DNA of 64,000 nucleotides from Halioglobus sp. (lineage in GTDB: Bacteria; Pseudomonadota; Gammaproteobacteria; Pseudomonadales; Halieaceae), in contig JAPKAY010000011.1 in the NCBI GenBank assembly GCA_028825045.1, positions 17,161-81,160 on the forward strand, given 5' to 3'. Position 1 is the first letter of the stretch. Each line of letters starts with the position of its first letter. Positions 38,541 through 48,273 of the stretch are shown here, in pieces. The notes beneath the pieces were generated by a model. The model was not told where the DNA came from. It saw only the letters and a list, made by a program, of their open reading frames with translations, and searched no databases. The position numbers and the translations under genes were made by a program.

Positions 38541-39290
38541 ATGTTCAAAGGCATTACTTACGACTACGCAGGTGCCACCGTATTAGTGACCGGAGGCACG
38601 AGTGGAATCGGGTTGGCCTGTGCACAGGAATATCGGCACGCAGGTGCAGAGGTGATTATCACCGGCCGCAAGGGCAGCGCGAGTGACTATGACACAGACC
38701 TGATGGAGATGTCCTATAGACAACTGGACATCGCCAATCGAGATGCGCTCTTAGCGTTGGCAAATTCACTCACCAAGCTGGACATTCTGGTTAATAACGC
38801 CGGGGGATCTCAGGGCAATGAATGGGAGCCAGATGCTTTCGACGAGTCGATCAATGTCAACCTGTCCAGCGTGTTTCATTTGAGTTCCGCCTGCAAGCCA
38901 CTACTGGCAGAGAGCACCTTAGCCGGCGGCGCCAGTGTAGTTGGCATTGCCTCCATGACCTCCTATTTTGGCTTCGAATGGACGCCGGGCTATGGTCCCG
39001 CCAAAGCCGGACTGGTGCAATTGATGAAAACACTGGGTATGAGCTGGGGACAATCGGGCATCCGTGCAAACGCTGTCGCGGCCGGACTCACTCGCTCGAA
39101 ACTCACAGCGCCAGTACTGGAGAACATGCAAGACATGGTAGATGAGACGCTAAAGAGGCAGGGCCTGAAACGCACCGGTGAGCCAATCGACATCGCCGCT
39201 GCGGTCCTATTTCTCACCTCTCCTGCCGCGAGCTGGATTACAGGACAAACACTGCCAGTTGATGGCGGGTTCACCACCGGAATGAATTGA
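38541..39290 (+). CDS. Classical SDR oxidoreductase
   Basis: TGGTSGIG, LVNNAG, YGPAK and ASWITGQTL.VDGG. Start ATG 38541. Confidence 0.9.
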   Translation: MFKGITYDYAGATVLVTGGTSGIGLACAQEYRHAGAEVIITGRKGSASDYDTDLMEMSYRQLDIANRDALLALANSLTKLDILVNNAGGSQGNEWEPDAFDESINVNLSSVFHLSSACKPLLAESTLAGGASVVGIASMTSYFGFEWTPGYGPAKAGLVQLMKTLGMSWGQSGIRANAVAAGLTRSKLTAPVLENMQDMVDETLKRQGLKRTGEPIDIAAAVLFLTSPAASWITGQTLPVDGGFTTGMN

Positions 39291-39325
39291 TATTTGGATT
39301 AGCCGTGCGCGCGACGAAGTGCACT

Positions 39326-41050
39326 TTAAAAAGGAAACAACCTCGGCACAAGCCAGATTACCGCCACGGAATACACGATCGTAACCGGCAAACCGGTTCT
39401 GAAATAATCCCGGAACTCGTAGCCTCCCAAGTTTTGCACCATCAGATTAGTGGTATAGCCAAAAGGTGTTAGAAAACTCGCGCTGGCACCGTAGGCAACC
39501 ACCATCACAAAGGGCATATAGCTAACCCCATAGCTCTCCGCCAGACCAAATGCAATTGGAAAGCTCAGTGCCGCCGCCGCGTTATTGGTCATCAGTTCAG
39601 TCAACAACAACGTGCCGAAGAAAATAGCCACAATCGCCCCATGTGGGCCCAGTACCGACAGGTTTCCCTGCAGGGCGTCTGTCAGCACAGCTACCAGCCC
39701 GGAGTTTGTCAGTGCCTGTGACAACGTGAGTGCCGAGGCAATAATAAGCCACAGTTCGAAGGGAAAACGCCGTCGTAACTCCGATCCACTGACCACACGC
39801 ACGGCCAGCATAAAGAGCAACAGGAAAGCGATGCCTTTTATCAGGGGGACAACGTCGAGAGTAGCAAGGGTTATGACAACTAATAGCACTCCCGTTACAG
39901 AGTAGTTTTGAAATGAAGATGTTTGCACGTCACCAACCGAGTCGTTGATGATGACAAAATTTTTGTCGAGGTTCTTACGCTCATTAAAGTCAGGGCCCAC
40001 CGCCAGCATCATGCTGTCTCCGGCCTGAATAGTGATATTCCCCAATTTACCCGAAAGGCGTTTGCCGCCGCGGCGCATACCGACCACGGCCGCATCAAAC
40101 ACCGATCGAAAAGCGCTCTCTTTGACCGACTTGCCCTCGATAGTTGCGTTGGGCATTACAATCACTTCCTTCATATTCTCGCGCAATAGCCCCTCATCTA
40201 CCGCAAACATACTAAGCCCATCGAACGCCTCCAGGGCCTGAACCTGTTTAATATCGCCTGAAAAAATTAATCTATCACCCGCCTCGATATGCTCCTGAGG
40301 CGTTACCGGGGAAATGAGATAATTCCCGCGCACAATTTCGACCAGGAACAGATCCTCCAGGTCGCGCAATTTATTTTCCAGGATGCTTTTACCAATGAGC
40401 CCAGAAACCTCACTCACCTCAGCCTCAATCACATATTCATTGACATCGATAGTCTCGGTACTGCCCGTTGGCAAGAGGCGAGAACTCAGTAAAAGCGCCG
40501 CCATACCCAGAACGGTGACGCTCGCACCCACTACCAGAAAGTCAAAAAATGCCAGTCCTGTTCCAGTGACATCCTCTAGAAAACTACTCACGATGAGATT
40601 GGTCGAGGTGCCAATGAGCGTCATCGTTCCGCCCAGGATCGCGGCGTAAGACAGGGGTATCAACAATTTGGAGGCTGGGTGGTGACGATTATTGCGAACG
40701 GTATGCGCCAAGGTCGCCACGACTGCCGTATTATTGACGAAGGCGGAGAAAAACGCCGTCGCCGTTCCAATGCGCAACAGGCTCCCCACATAACTAGGTA
40801 CAATCAATTTGTGCGACAAGCGAGTGAGCCAGGATAATTTTTCCAGGCCGGTTGAAACGAGCAGTAACAGCACCAGAGTGATGACACCGGAATTCGACGC
40901 CTTACTAAGTACTTCCGAGGTATCCACTAAGCCCGTGAAGTAAGCGACGAGCATGGCCGAGACAAAGACCCACTCTGCCGCCCATTTGGTGAAAATCAGT
41001 CCAAACAGCAATCCGAAAAATATGCATGCAACTAGCAGTTGGTCATCCAT
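39326..41050 (-). CDS. SLC13-family permease with two TrkA-C (RCK_C) domains
   Basis: SAFVNNT, PLSYAAILGGTMTLIGTSTNL, two cytoplasmic TrkA-C repeats, TELMTNNAAA and PFGYTTNLMV. Confidence 0.92.
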   Translation of the reverse strand: MDDQLLVACIFFGLLFGLIFTKWAAEWVFVSAMLVAYFTGLVDTSEVLSKASNSGVITLVLLLLVSTGLEKLSWLTRLSHKLIVPSYVGSLLRIGTATAFFSAFVNNTAVVATLAHTVRNNRHHPASKLLIPLSYAAILGGTMTLIGTSTNLIVSSFLEDVTGTGLAFFDFLVVGASVTVLGMAALLLSSRLLPTGSTETIDVNEYVIEAEVSEVSGLIGKSILENKLRDLEDLFLVEIVRGNYLISPVTPQEHIEAGDRLIFSGDIKQVQALEAFDGLSMFAVDEGLLRENMKEVIVMPNATIEGKSVKESAFRSVFDAAVVGMRRGGKRLSGKLGNITIQAGDSMMLAVGPDFNERKNLDKNFVIINDSVGDVQTSSFQNYSVTGVLLVVITLATLDVVPLIKGIAFLLLFMLAVRVVSGSELRRRFPFELWLIIASALTLSQALTNSGLVAVLTDALQGNLSVLGPHGAIVAIFFGTLLLTELMTNNAAAALSFPIAFGLAESYGVSYMPFVMVVAYGASASFLTPFGYTTNLMVQNLGGYEFRDYFRTGLPVTIVYSVAVIWLVPRLFPF

Positions 41051-41224
41051 TCATATATTCCACTGTCGTATTATTATCCGAGCTTGTTAGTCGAGCCATT
41101 ATATTAAGCGCAGGATACGCGCTGATGGGGTAAAACGACAATAGCAAACACTAGCCATCAAAATCAGATATAATCGACTCGCCGTTAATATTGGCCTCTA
41201 AAGCAAGCAGAAAACCAGCTTCTT

Positions 41225-41869
41225 ATGAAAGGCACCCTTAAAATCCTCTCCATTTTGCTGCTGCTCGCAATGGCAATAATGTATTTGATTCGCGAACCCT
41301 TCAAGGAAACGGCACCTGCACACGCTAAGCAGGATATGTTCGTAGACGGGGATACCGACGATTTCGATCCCGGCCCCGCCGTTGGCTCGCAGTTTCCAGG
41401 ATTGCAGGCAATATATCAGGGCCGCAAGGTTACACTGCTGAATGAATTCTCCGGCAAGAACGGCACTGTATTTATCGCCAACAGATCTTACGACTGGTGT
41501 CCTTACTGTAAGCACCAGATGATCCAGCTGCAGGAAACCAAAGCCGCGTATGATGCTGCCGGCATTGGCATGGTGGCCATCACCTATGACGACCCGGCAC
41601 TGCAAAAGCTGTTTACCGACAAATTTAACATCACCATTCCGGTTCTGTCGGATATCGATGTCCTGAGCTTCAAGACATTGGGCATTCTCAACGAGGAGTA
41701 TATGGCTGGCGAATTTCAATACGGCATTCCGCACCCGGGCATGATTGTCGTAGACCCCCAGGGTACGGTAGTGGGAAAGCTATTCCTCGAAGCGTTTAGC
41801 TCACGAGTCGATTCCACAGCCGCGTTAGCATTCGCAAGCTCTGCACTAGGCCTAGACCCTCTCCGATGA
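41225..41869 (+). CDS. AhpC/TSA-like redoxin with N-terminal membrane anchor
   Basis: DWCPYC (CxxC), GIGMVAITYD and PHPGMIVVD..G.V. Confidence 0.8.
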   Translation: MKGTLKILSILLLLAMAIMYLIREPFKETAPAHAKQDMFVDGDTDDFDPGPAVGSQFPGLQAIYQGRKVTLLNEFSGKNGTVFIANRSYDWCPYCKHQMIQLQETKAAYDAAGIGMVAITYDDPALQKLFTDKFNITIPVLSDIDVLSFKTLGILNEEYMAGEFQYGIPHPGMIVVDPQGTVVGKLFLEAFSSRVDSTAALAFASSALGLDPLR

Positions 41870-42543
41870 ATGAAGACAACATCGATAACGCAGATAGCAG
41901 CAAGCGTTCTGAGCGCACGACTAAAACCCGTAGGTTGTTTATCGAGGCGGGCCAACGCCTTTTCGCACAACGCGGTGTCGGTGCTGTTTCAGTCAACGAA
42001 ATCACGGGCGCCGCAGGCCAGAAAAATCGCACTGCCCTGCAATACCATTTTGGCGACAAGAACGGCCTGCTAACCGCCATCATTGAAGTACACGCAAAAC
42101 GCGTCTTCGAACTGCGTCAGCAGTATCTCGATAGCAATATTTATGACAACTCAAAAGCATCACGGCGCGCCGCTCAAGCGTTGGTCAATCCACTAGTACA
42201 GTATATCGAGGAAAATAATACGGCAGTTTTTTACGTTAAAATTCTGTCCCAACTCGCTGCAGTAGACAGCCATCTTCTTCATCCCAGGACCAGCTCAGGG
42301 ATCAGTAAGCTAAAAGATGACCGGCTGCATGCACTAATGCAGAGCGCCGTGGCACATTTGCAACCACCTGAAGCACAGCGCCGCCTGTTTCTGGTGGTCT
42401 CCTTCCTCTTTCACAGTTACTGCGGCATTTTACAGATGAATGACAGCAGCGATACCAGCGACATACTGTTGCAGCGTTCGGCAATGTTTAGCCAGGTAGC
42501 CCTCGCGGTCGAATCAATTCTGGAAGCGCCTCCACTGCAGTGA
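41866..42543 (+). CDS. TetR/AcrR family regulator
   Basis: LFAQRGVGAVSVNEITGAAGQKNRTALQYHFGDK. ATGA overlap with the redoxin gene. Confidence 0.9.
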   Translation: MNEDNIDNADSSKRSERTTKTRRLFIEAGQRLFAQRGVGAVSVNEITGAAGQKNRTALQYHFGDKNGLLTAIIEVHAKRVFELRQQYLDSNIYDNSKASRRAAQALVNPLVQYIEENNTAVFYVKILSQLAAVDSHLLHPRTSSGISKLKDDRLHALMQSAVAHLQPPEAQRRLFLVVSFLFHSYCGILQMNDSSDTSDILLQRSAMFSQVALAVESILEAPPLQ

Positions 42544-42577
42544 CGGCTTAACTCAGAGCAGCCATCCAACAAAAAAC

Positions 42578-44509
42578 TCAGCGGAGATCAGTATGAGGGA
42601 TGGTTTTGGCGGTGGATTGCGCCTGAGCGGAATACCAAATAGGCGATGACCACGCCCGCTCCTGAATCACTCGCTGGTGTTCTGGTGCGCAACAATCCTC
42701 CAGGCCCTCGCCTATACTTTGGGGATTGCTGCAGTCCACCGCTTTTGCGACACAGATCTGTTGGCTCCAACGACAGGACGGGTTTTCCAGTACGCGGCTG
42801 TAGTAGTAGGCTTTTTCTTCGGGCCTAAAATTATCGTCGGTCCACACACTGCACAATTCTTTAAACCCTTTCCCACGGGTGACGCAGGTTTGGGTATTAA
42901 CAGACGCACCGTTGTCGGCGTCGCCCGCCACGTCGATGACGTCCTCGCGGTACTCCCCTGCTTCGGTGAGCCAGCCTTTGATGATTTGCACTCGCTGCAA
43001 CCCGATACCGGGCGCGGATGAGGTACCCGGGTCCTGCTGGGCCATCACAAGGAAACTAGGATTGCCGCCGCCGGCACTGAGCATCCCGCCCATAGGCACC
43101 CCGCCGGCATAGGCCTGCTCGATACGATCATGGTCAGAACACAGCGATGGCGAATAGTCCCAGCCACCGAAAAAGCGACTGGTAATGCGCGGACCACTGG
43201 TACTGTATGCCTCTCTGCGACGCAGGGCTTCATACAATGCATCGCGACTGTTTTCCTGCGCCCACAGCACCGCCAGCCCTCCGGGATTGTTCTCAAGTGC
43301 GCCCGGCAGCCCCGGGGGCACACGCTCCTTCGCCGGCGCATCGACACCCCCGTGACCAATGTAGTTTGCCTCCGACACGGCACCCGCAGCGCCCAGATGG
43401 GTATCAGTGCTGCCCACAAAGCCAATTTGATACGGGTTTACGCCGAACTCGCTCTCTAATAACAAACCGTCTCCCAGTGCCTTGCGAGCAAAACCGGTTT
43501 TAGGCCCAGGAGGATTATTAAATCCAGCAAGATTGTCGATAGGTTGCAGTTCGAAGTTACACAGCTCATCGCGAGTGATCCCGGCCTTGAAGTAGCACTC
43601 GGAGGATCCGCCCTTTTGCATGATTTCCAACAAAGGTTCGAAGCGCTGGCGCAATTGCGCGTATTCACGGGTCATCGCACTCCCATCGTCCCGTTTGCCA
43701 TCAAACATATAGCCTGCGCTAAGATTTGCATTGTGGGGTATCACCAGCGCGTCACAGTTGCCGTCCTTCTGAACACATTGCTCATCCAGAGCACGCCACA
43801 GTTTTTCCGCTGTGGATTCATCGATAAAAGTGATGGGCAGTGGCGGAACCTCAGCGTTTCTGAATACGATATTCCGGTGCAAATTGCCGCCAGACGTTGG
43901 CTGCATACCGGTCCACTCGTATCCAACGAAGGCAGTAAACTGACACTCGGATGTGCGATCGTAGTGTCGTTGGGCAGCCTGCTGGGTGTCTGTCCACGGC
44001 TTCACCGCGGCCTGTCGGCACAGGGCATCATCGTCTCCACACATTCCCAGGTGGGCGGCCTGCATCGATGCCATGTAGTTAAACAAATAATAAGCGCCCA
44101 GGGACCAGTTGCGGTATATCCAGCACTGCCAGGACTGGTAGCCCTCCAGCTCTGGCGTATTACACATGTGGAGTTCACCGTACAACTCGGCATGATCCGC
44201 TACCATGGCAAAATCCAATGGTCTCTCGAGTTGCACAGTCCGCAGACTCTCACCTCTGTCGTTAAAGGGTTGAATGCCGATGTTCTCGCCCCTGGCGAAT
44301 CGGTAAGCCTGCTCGGGCGTAGTGCGGGTTCCCTGAGTACTCGCATCGAGAGAGAGACGCGTGTGCACATGCAAATCCCCGAAAAAGGCTTGCATCAGCG
44401 GTTTATGTGAACTGCAGGGTTCGCGTTTTTCCGTATATTGGCGTTCAGCGTTGGCCAGGGCCGATGTCCACAGCAAGCCAAGCCACAAGAACATCCAGAC
44501 TGATTTCAC
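42578..44509 (-). CDS. Secreted DUF3604 (PHP-fold-like) protein
   Basis: Signal peptide; FFGDLHVHT..SLDA, LDFA.V.DHAE, GYEWT, NLHRN, IPHN.N.S, GSTDTH, WA.EN.R..L..A..R.E and QERAWSSPIWY. Confidence 0.88.
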   Translation of the reverse strand: MKSVWMFLWLGLLWTSALANAERQYTEKREPCSSHKPLMQAFFGDLHVHTRLSLDASTQGTRTTPEQAYRFARGENIGIQPFNDRGESLRTVQLERPLDFAMVADHAELYGELHMCNTPELEGYQSWQCWIYRNWSLGAYYLFNYMASMQAAHLGMCGDDDALCRQAAVKPWTDTQQAAQRHYDRTSECQFTAFVGYEWTGMQPTSGGNLHRNIVFRNAEVPPLPITFIDESTAEKLWRALDEQCVQKDGNCDALVIPHNANLSAGYMFDGKRDDGSAMTREYAQLRQRFEPLLEIMQKGGSSECYFKAGITRDELCNFELQPIDNLAGFNNPPGPKTGFARKALGDGLLLESEFGVNPYQIGFVGSTDTHLGAAGAVSEANYIGHGGVDAPAKERVPPGLPGALENNPGGLAVLWAQENSRDALYEALRRREAYSTSGPRITSRFFGGWDYSPSLCSDHDRIEQAYAGGVPMGGMLSAGGGNPSFLVMAQQDPGTSSAPGIGLQRVQIIKGWLTEAGEYREDVIDVAGDADNGASVNTQTCVTRGKGFKELCSVWTDDNFRPEEKAYYYSRVLENPSCRWSQQICVAKAVDCSNPQSIGEGLEDCCAPEHQRVIQERAWSSPIWYSAQAQSTAKTIPHTDLR

Positions 44510-45330
44510 ATTGCGCGACCAGAGGTCGAGCCGTACCGTTTCGCATGCGCATCCAGGGCATCAAGAATGCCCTCATGACGGCCGGCGATAATGTCCCGAT
44601 AGTCGTCGTGGGTGATGACATAAAATCCACTTTCACGCACGGCATCAATCACCTGCTCGCCCACCGCAAGTGGTGGAATGCCAGCGGCGACATCCGGAGC
44701 CGGTTGCTGGTGATCGATACCCGAATCAAAGGCCTCTGGACGAACAGCGGACGACTGGGTGATCAAGTTGGTATTGACTAAACCCGGGCACAGCACGGAG
44801 ACGCCGACGCCTTTATCTGCCACTTCCATCAACAGTGCCTCAGAGAGCCCCACGATGGCGAACTTCGTAGTGGTGTAGAGCCCTTCCGGAGGACCGGAAA
44901 TGAGACCACCCATGGAGGCGGTATTAACGATGTGCCCTTCGCCCTGGGCCACCAACATAGGCAGAAATGCTCTTACACCGTGAATGACGCCGTACAGGTT
45001 TACATTAATGAGGTACTGCCAGTCTTTGATATCGGCATCATGCATTAGGGCCCCTATCCAAACACCGGCGTTGTTGCACAGCAGATGAACACCCCCGAAG
45101 CGTTCCACGGCAGCATCACGCATCGCCTCCACCGATTCCAAATCGGAAACGTCTACCTCAAATGCATGAGCGTTCTTCCCTATATCGGCGGCCACTACCT
45201 GCGCCTTTTTGATATCAATATCCGCTACCAGTACTTTCATACCTGCCTGGGCAGCAGCGCGGGCAATACCCTCACCAATTCCCGAGCCTGCACCAGTAAC
45301 GACAGCCACTTTGCCTTCCAAATCCTGCAT
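44506..45330 (-). CDS. Classical SDR oxidoreductase
   Basis: VTGAGSGIG, LCNNAGV, NTASMGG, YTTTKFA and SVLCPG.V.T. Confidence 0.9.
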   Translation of the reverse strand: MQDLEGKVAVVTGAGSGIGEGIARAAAQAGMKVLVADIDIKKAQVVAADIGKNAHAFEVDVSDLESVEAMRDAAVERFGGVHLLCNNAGVWIGALMHDADIKDWQYLINVNLYGVIHGVRAFLPMLVAQGEGHIVNTASMGGLISGPPEGLYTTTKFAIVGLSEALLMEVADKGVGVSVLCPGLVNTNLITQSSAVRPEAFDSGIDHQQPAPDVAAGIPPLAVGEQVIDAVRESGFYVITHDDYRDIIAGRHEGILDALDAHAKRYGSTSGRAM

Positions 45331-45369
45331 TACGTATCCTTGTAAAATTGTTAGTTGAAACCCATTGAA

Positions 45370-46389
45370 TCAGGCTTGGCAGTCGACCATTACTTTTATC
45401 GCGCTTTGAGGATTTTGGGCAGTCGCAAATGCGGCACCTATGTCAGACAGCGGAAAATGGTGCGTGACCATTACCGTCGGATCTATTGCGGATGATTGCA
45501 ACATCGCGATAACTTCATCGAACTCCCGGTCATAACCCATCGCAGGAATGATAGAGACTTCCTTGGCCAGCAACATAACCAGGTTAATGGTGGCCGAATC
45601 CTTGTGCACGCCTGTAAGGCAGATGCGACTGCCAGGTCCGGCTATATCAACGATATGCTCAAATACAGCGCGGACACCGGTGGCTTCGAAGAACAGCGTA
45701 CTACCGGGCATGGGCATACCAAAAAAACTACTTGAACCGTGATGTTCAATTAATTTCTGCGCCAATTGAGAATCATCACCACGCAATCCAATGGCGCCCA
45801 ACGCACGCGCAGCATCCAGTCGCCGCTCAGACAGGTCTACTAAAACCACATCCGTGAGACCTCGGTAAGTCAGAATCTGCAACATGGACAGACCAATGGG
45901 GCCCGCGCCGAAGATGACCGCCTTGTCCGTAGCGCTTGCCTTAACCCTGTTAGCCCCGTGCTGAGCAACCGCCAGCGGTTCCACAAGCGCGCCGTATTCG
46001 TCGGGAAAATCCTTCGGCAACACCACAGTGCTTCCAGGATCGGAGGCAGCGTTACGCACCAGCAGATAGGGAGAGAAGCCGCCCTCCGTACCACCATTGC
46101 CAATATTATTGCCGTTACTCATGGGCTGTACCACCACACGTTCACCGGCCTTTACATGCGTAACGTTAGCACCAGCCTCACTCACCACACCCCACAACTC
46201 ATGGCCTACTGGCATGGGAGTGTCCGGGCCAGTCAATCCGCCCATGGCCAGATAGCCAAGATCAGAACCGCAAATGCCACATTCTCTAACCTGAACCACC
46301 ACGTCATCAGGCCCGCATAGCGGCTGTGGCGCTGTACCAAGTCGTAAATCGTCCACACCGTGGATTCGAGCCTGGGGAATCGCTGTCAT
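45370..46389 (-). CDS. Zn-dependent MDR alcohol dehydrogenase lacking the structural-Zn loop
   Basis: CGICGSD, GHE, EPLAVA and GAGPIG present; no Cx2Cx2Cx7C lobe. Confidence 0.85.
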   Translation of the reverse strand: MTAIPQARIHGVDDLRLGTAPQPLCGPDDVVVQVRECGICGSDLGYLAMGGLTGPDTPMPVGHELWGVVSEAGANVTHVKAGERVVVQPMSNGNNIGNGGTEGGFSPYLLVRNAASDPGSTVVLPKDFPDEYGALVEPLAVAQHGANRVKASATDKAVIFGAGPIGLSMLQILTYRGLTDVVLVDLSERRLDAARALGAIGLRGDDSQLAQKLIEHHGSSSFFGMPMPGSTLFFEATGVRAVFEHIVDIAGPGSRICLTGVHKDSATINLVMLLAKEVSIIPAMGYDREFDEVIAMLQSSAIDPTVMVTHHFPLSDIGAAFATAQNPQSAIKVMVDCQA

Positions 46390-46561
46390 TTTCAGTTCCA
46401 GTAAAAGAGGAAAAAGTGCCTCGTGTGACCATAGGACCGACCCTCGCCAGGGTCAACCACCACGGCCATATTATTGAACCGACCCCCGGCATTTCTGGCG
46501 AGAACTGGTTCGCGCACCCAAGCACTGACACACTGGCACAACAAACAAGGAGCCACATGAA

Positions 46562-48271
46562 ATGCCCGTGAACAATTCAGATCTGGAAGTGGACTGGCTG
46601 GTGGCAGGTGCCGGGGCTGCTGGCATGACTGGCGCTGTTGTTGCGAATCAGTTGGGCGGGTCGGTACTGGTAGTTGAGAAAGAAGCTGTCTATGGCGGTA
46701 CCACTGCAAAATCTGGCGGAGTGGCCTGGATCCCTGCAAATCATCGCCAGGCAGAGGTTCATGTAGAGGATACTACCGAAGAAGGCTATGCGTATCTCAA
46801 AGCGCTGATCGGTGACAGCGTGAGCGATGCCCGCATCCGGGCCTATGCAGAGCGTGCAAAAGAGATGTTGCAGTTCATGATGCAACACAGCCATGTCCAG
46901 TATTCTGCGCTGCCAAAATACATGGACTACTACGAACATCTCAAAGGGTACAAAGTGGGCGGGCGGTCCATGGACAACACTCCCATCAACCTCCGCCGAC
47001 TGGGCTCTGATGCGGCAAGCATCAGGCTGGGCCACTACGATGGTCTCATGCCGTTCAATGTCACCGTCCAGGAAGGCCAGCGCCTGCAGGAAATGGACGC
47101 TGGCGCCTATCTGCTTGGCATGCGCCTGCTATTGCGTTTTCTATTGGACATTCCCGCTCGGTTCAAGCACAAACGTGATGACCGACTTACCCTTGGGCCT
47201 GCGCTGGTCGCTCGATTGCGTCTATCACTACAGGACAGAAAGATCCCACTGTGGCTGGATTCCCCGATTCAGGAACTCGTACTAGACAAGGGGCGAGTCT
47301 GCGGAGCGCTAGTGCAACGTGCCGGCACCACCACACGCGTCAGTGCACGGCGTGGCGTGCTCTTGGCCACGGGCGGTTTTTCTCACAACGCGGAAATGCG
47401 CAGACAATATCAGCAGGCACCCATTGGTAATGAGTGGACCTCTGCAGCGCCAGGAGCGACAGGTGATGCGGTCGTACTGGGGCAAAAAATTGGCGCGGCC
47501 CTGGGCTTCATGGAATGTGCCTGGTGGTCTCCCACTTACACCATACCGGATGGACGAGTACTGGCACTGATCGCTGGAAAATCCAATCCCGGCTCTATCA
47601 TGGTCAATCGCCTGGGTAAACGCTTTGCTAATGAAGCTCAGCCTTACGAGGACCTGGTTAAAGCGCAATACATCAGTGATGCCAAAGGTGAACAGACTAT
47701 TCCCTGTTACCTGGTATTTGACGCTATTTATCGCAAAAAATACGCTGTCGGACACATCAAGCCAGGAAAAGTGGAAGATGATAAAAAGCTTGATCCAGCT
47801 AACTTCGAAACCGGACTGCTCACCAAAGCGGATAGTTTGGAAGAACTCGCGCGCAAGTTAGAGATTAACCCAGGCGTGCTACAGGATACTGTGAAACAGT
47901 TTAATCGCCATGCCCTCAATGGTGAGGACCCACTCTTTGACCGCGGCGTGAGCGAGCATGATCGGTACTATGCAGACAAATCGGTCAAGCCCAATCCATC
48001 CCTGGGCCCACTGGACACGCCTCCTTACTACGCCCTGCGCTGCGACCCGGGCGACTTAGATACCAAAGGGGGATTACAGTGCGATGAACTGGCGCGCGTT
48101 ATCAATACTGACGGTGCAGTCATCAAGGGGCTGTATGCTGCCGGCAATGCCAGCGCGGCTGCCATGGGCAATACCTATCCGGGCGCAGGCGCGACCATCG
48201 GCTCAGCCATGACTTTTGCGTATATAGCAGCGCAAAATGCCTTTGCTCCCAACTCCACTTCGGAGGAATAG
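46562..48271 (+). CDS. kstD: 3-ketosteroid delta-1-dehydrogenase
   Basis: GAGAAG, GGTTAKSGG..WIP.N, MDYY, ATGGF.HN..MR, FANEAQPY, GDLDTKGGL and YPGAGATIG; the Tyr/Gly catalytic motifs are present. Adjacent to kshA. Confidence 0.82.
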   Translation: MPVNNSDLEVDWLVAGAGAAGMTGAVVANQLGGSVLVVEKEAVYGGTTAKSGGVAWIPANHRQAEVHVEDTTEEGYAYLKALIGDSVSDARIRAYAERAKEMLQFMMQHSHVQYSALPKYMDYYEHLKGYKVGGRSMDNTPINLRRLGSDAASIRLGHYDGLMPFNVTVQEGQRLQEMDAGAYLLGMRLLLRFLLDIPARFKHKRDDRLTLGPALVARLRLSLQDRKIPLWLDSPIQELVLDKGRVCGALVQRAGTTTRVSARRGVLLATGGFSHNAEMRRQYQQAPIGNEWTSAAPGATGDAVVLGQKIGAALGFMECAWWSPTYTIPDGRVLALIAGKSNPGSIMVNRLGKRFANEAQPYEDLVKAQYISDAKGEQTIPCYLVFDAIYRKKYAVGHIKPGKVEDDKKLDPANFETGLLTKADSLEELARKLEINPGVLQDTVKQFNRHALNGEDPLFDRGVSEHDRYYADKSVKPNPSLGPLDTPPYYALRCDPGDLDTKGGLQCDELARVINTDGAVIKGLYAAGNASAAAMGNTYPGAGATIGSAMTFAYIAAQNAFAPNSTSEE

Positions 48272-48273
48272 GC

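Noticed and set aside
41491-41512. Possible selenocysteine in the redoxin CxxC
   Set aside because: Codons are TGT-CCT-TAC-TGT (Cys); there is no in-frame TGA.
34765-44410. Long opposite-strand ORFs such as 34765..35352, 41198..41734 and 43544..44410
   Set aside because: Shadow frames fully overlapping well-supported genes, with no motifs.
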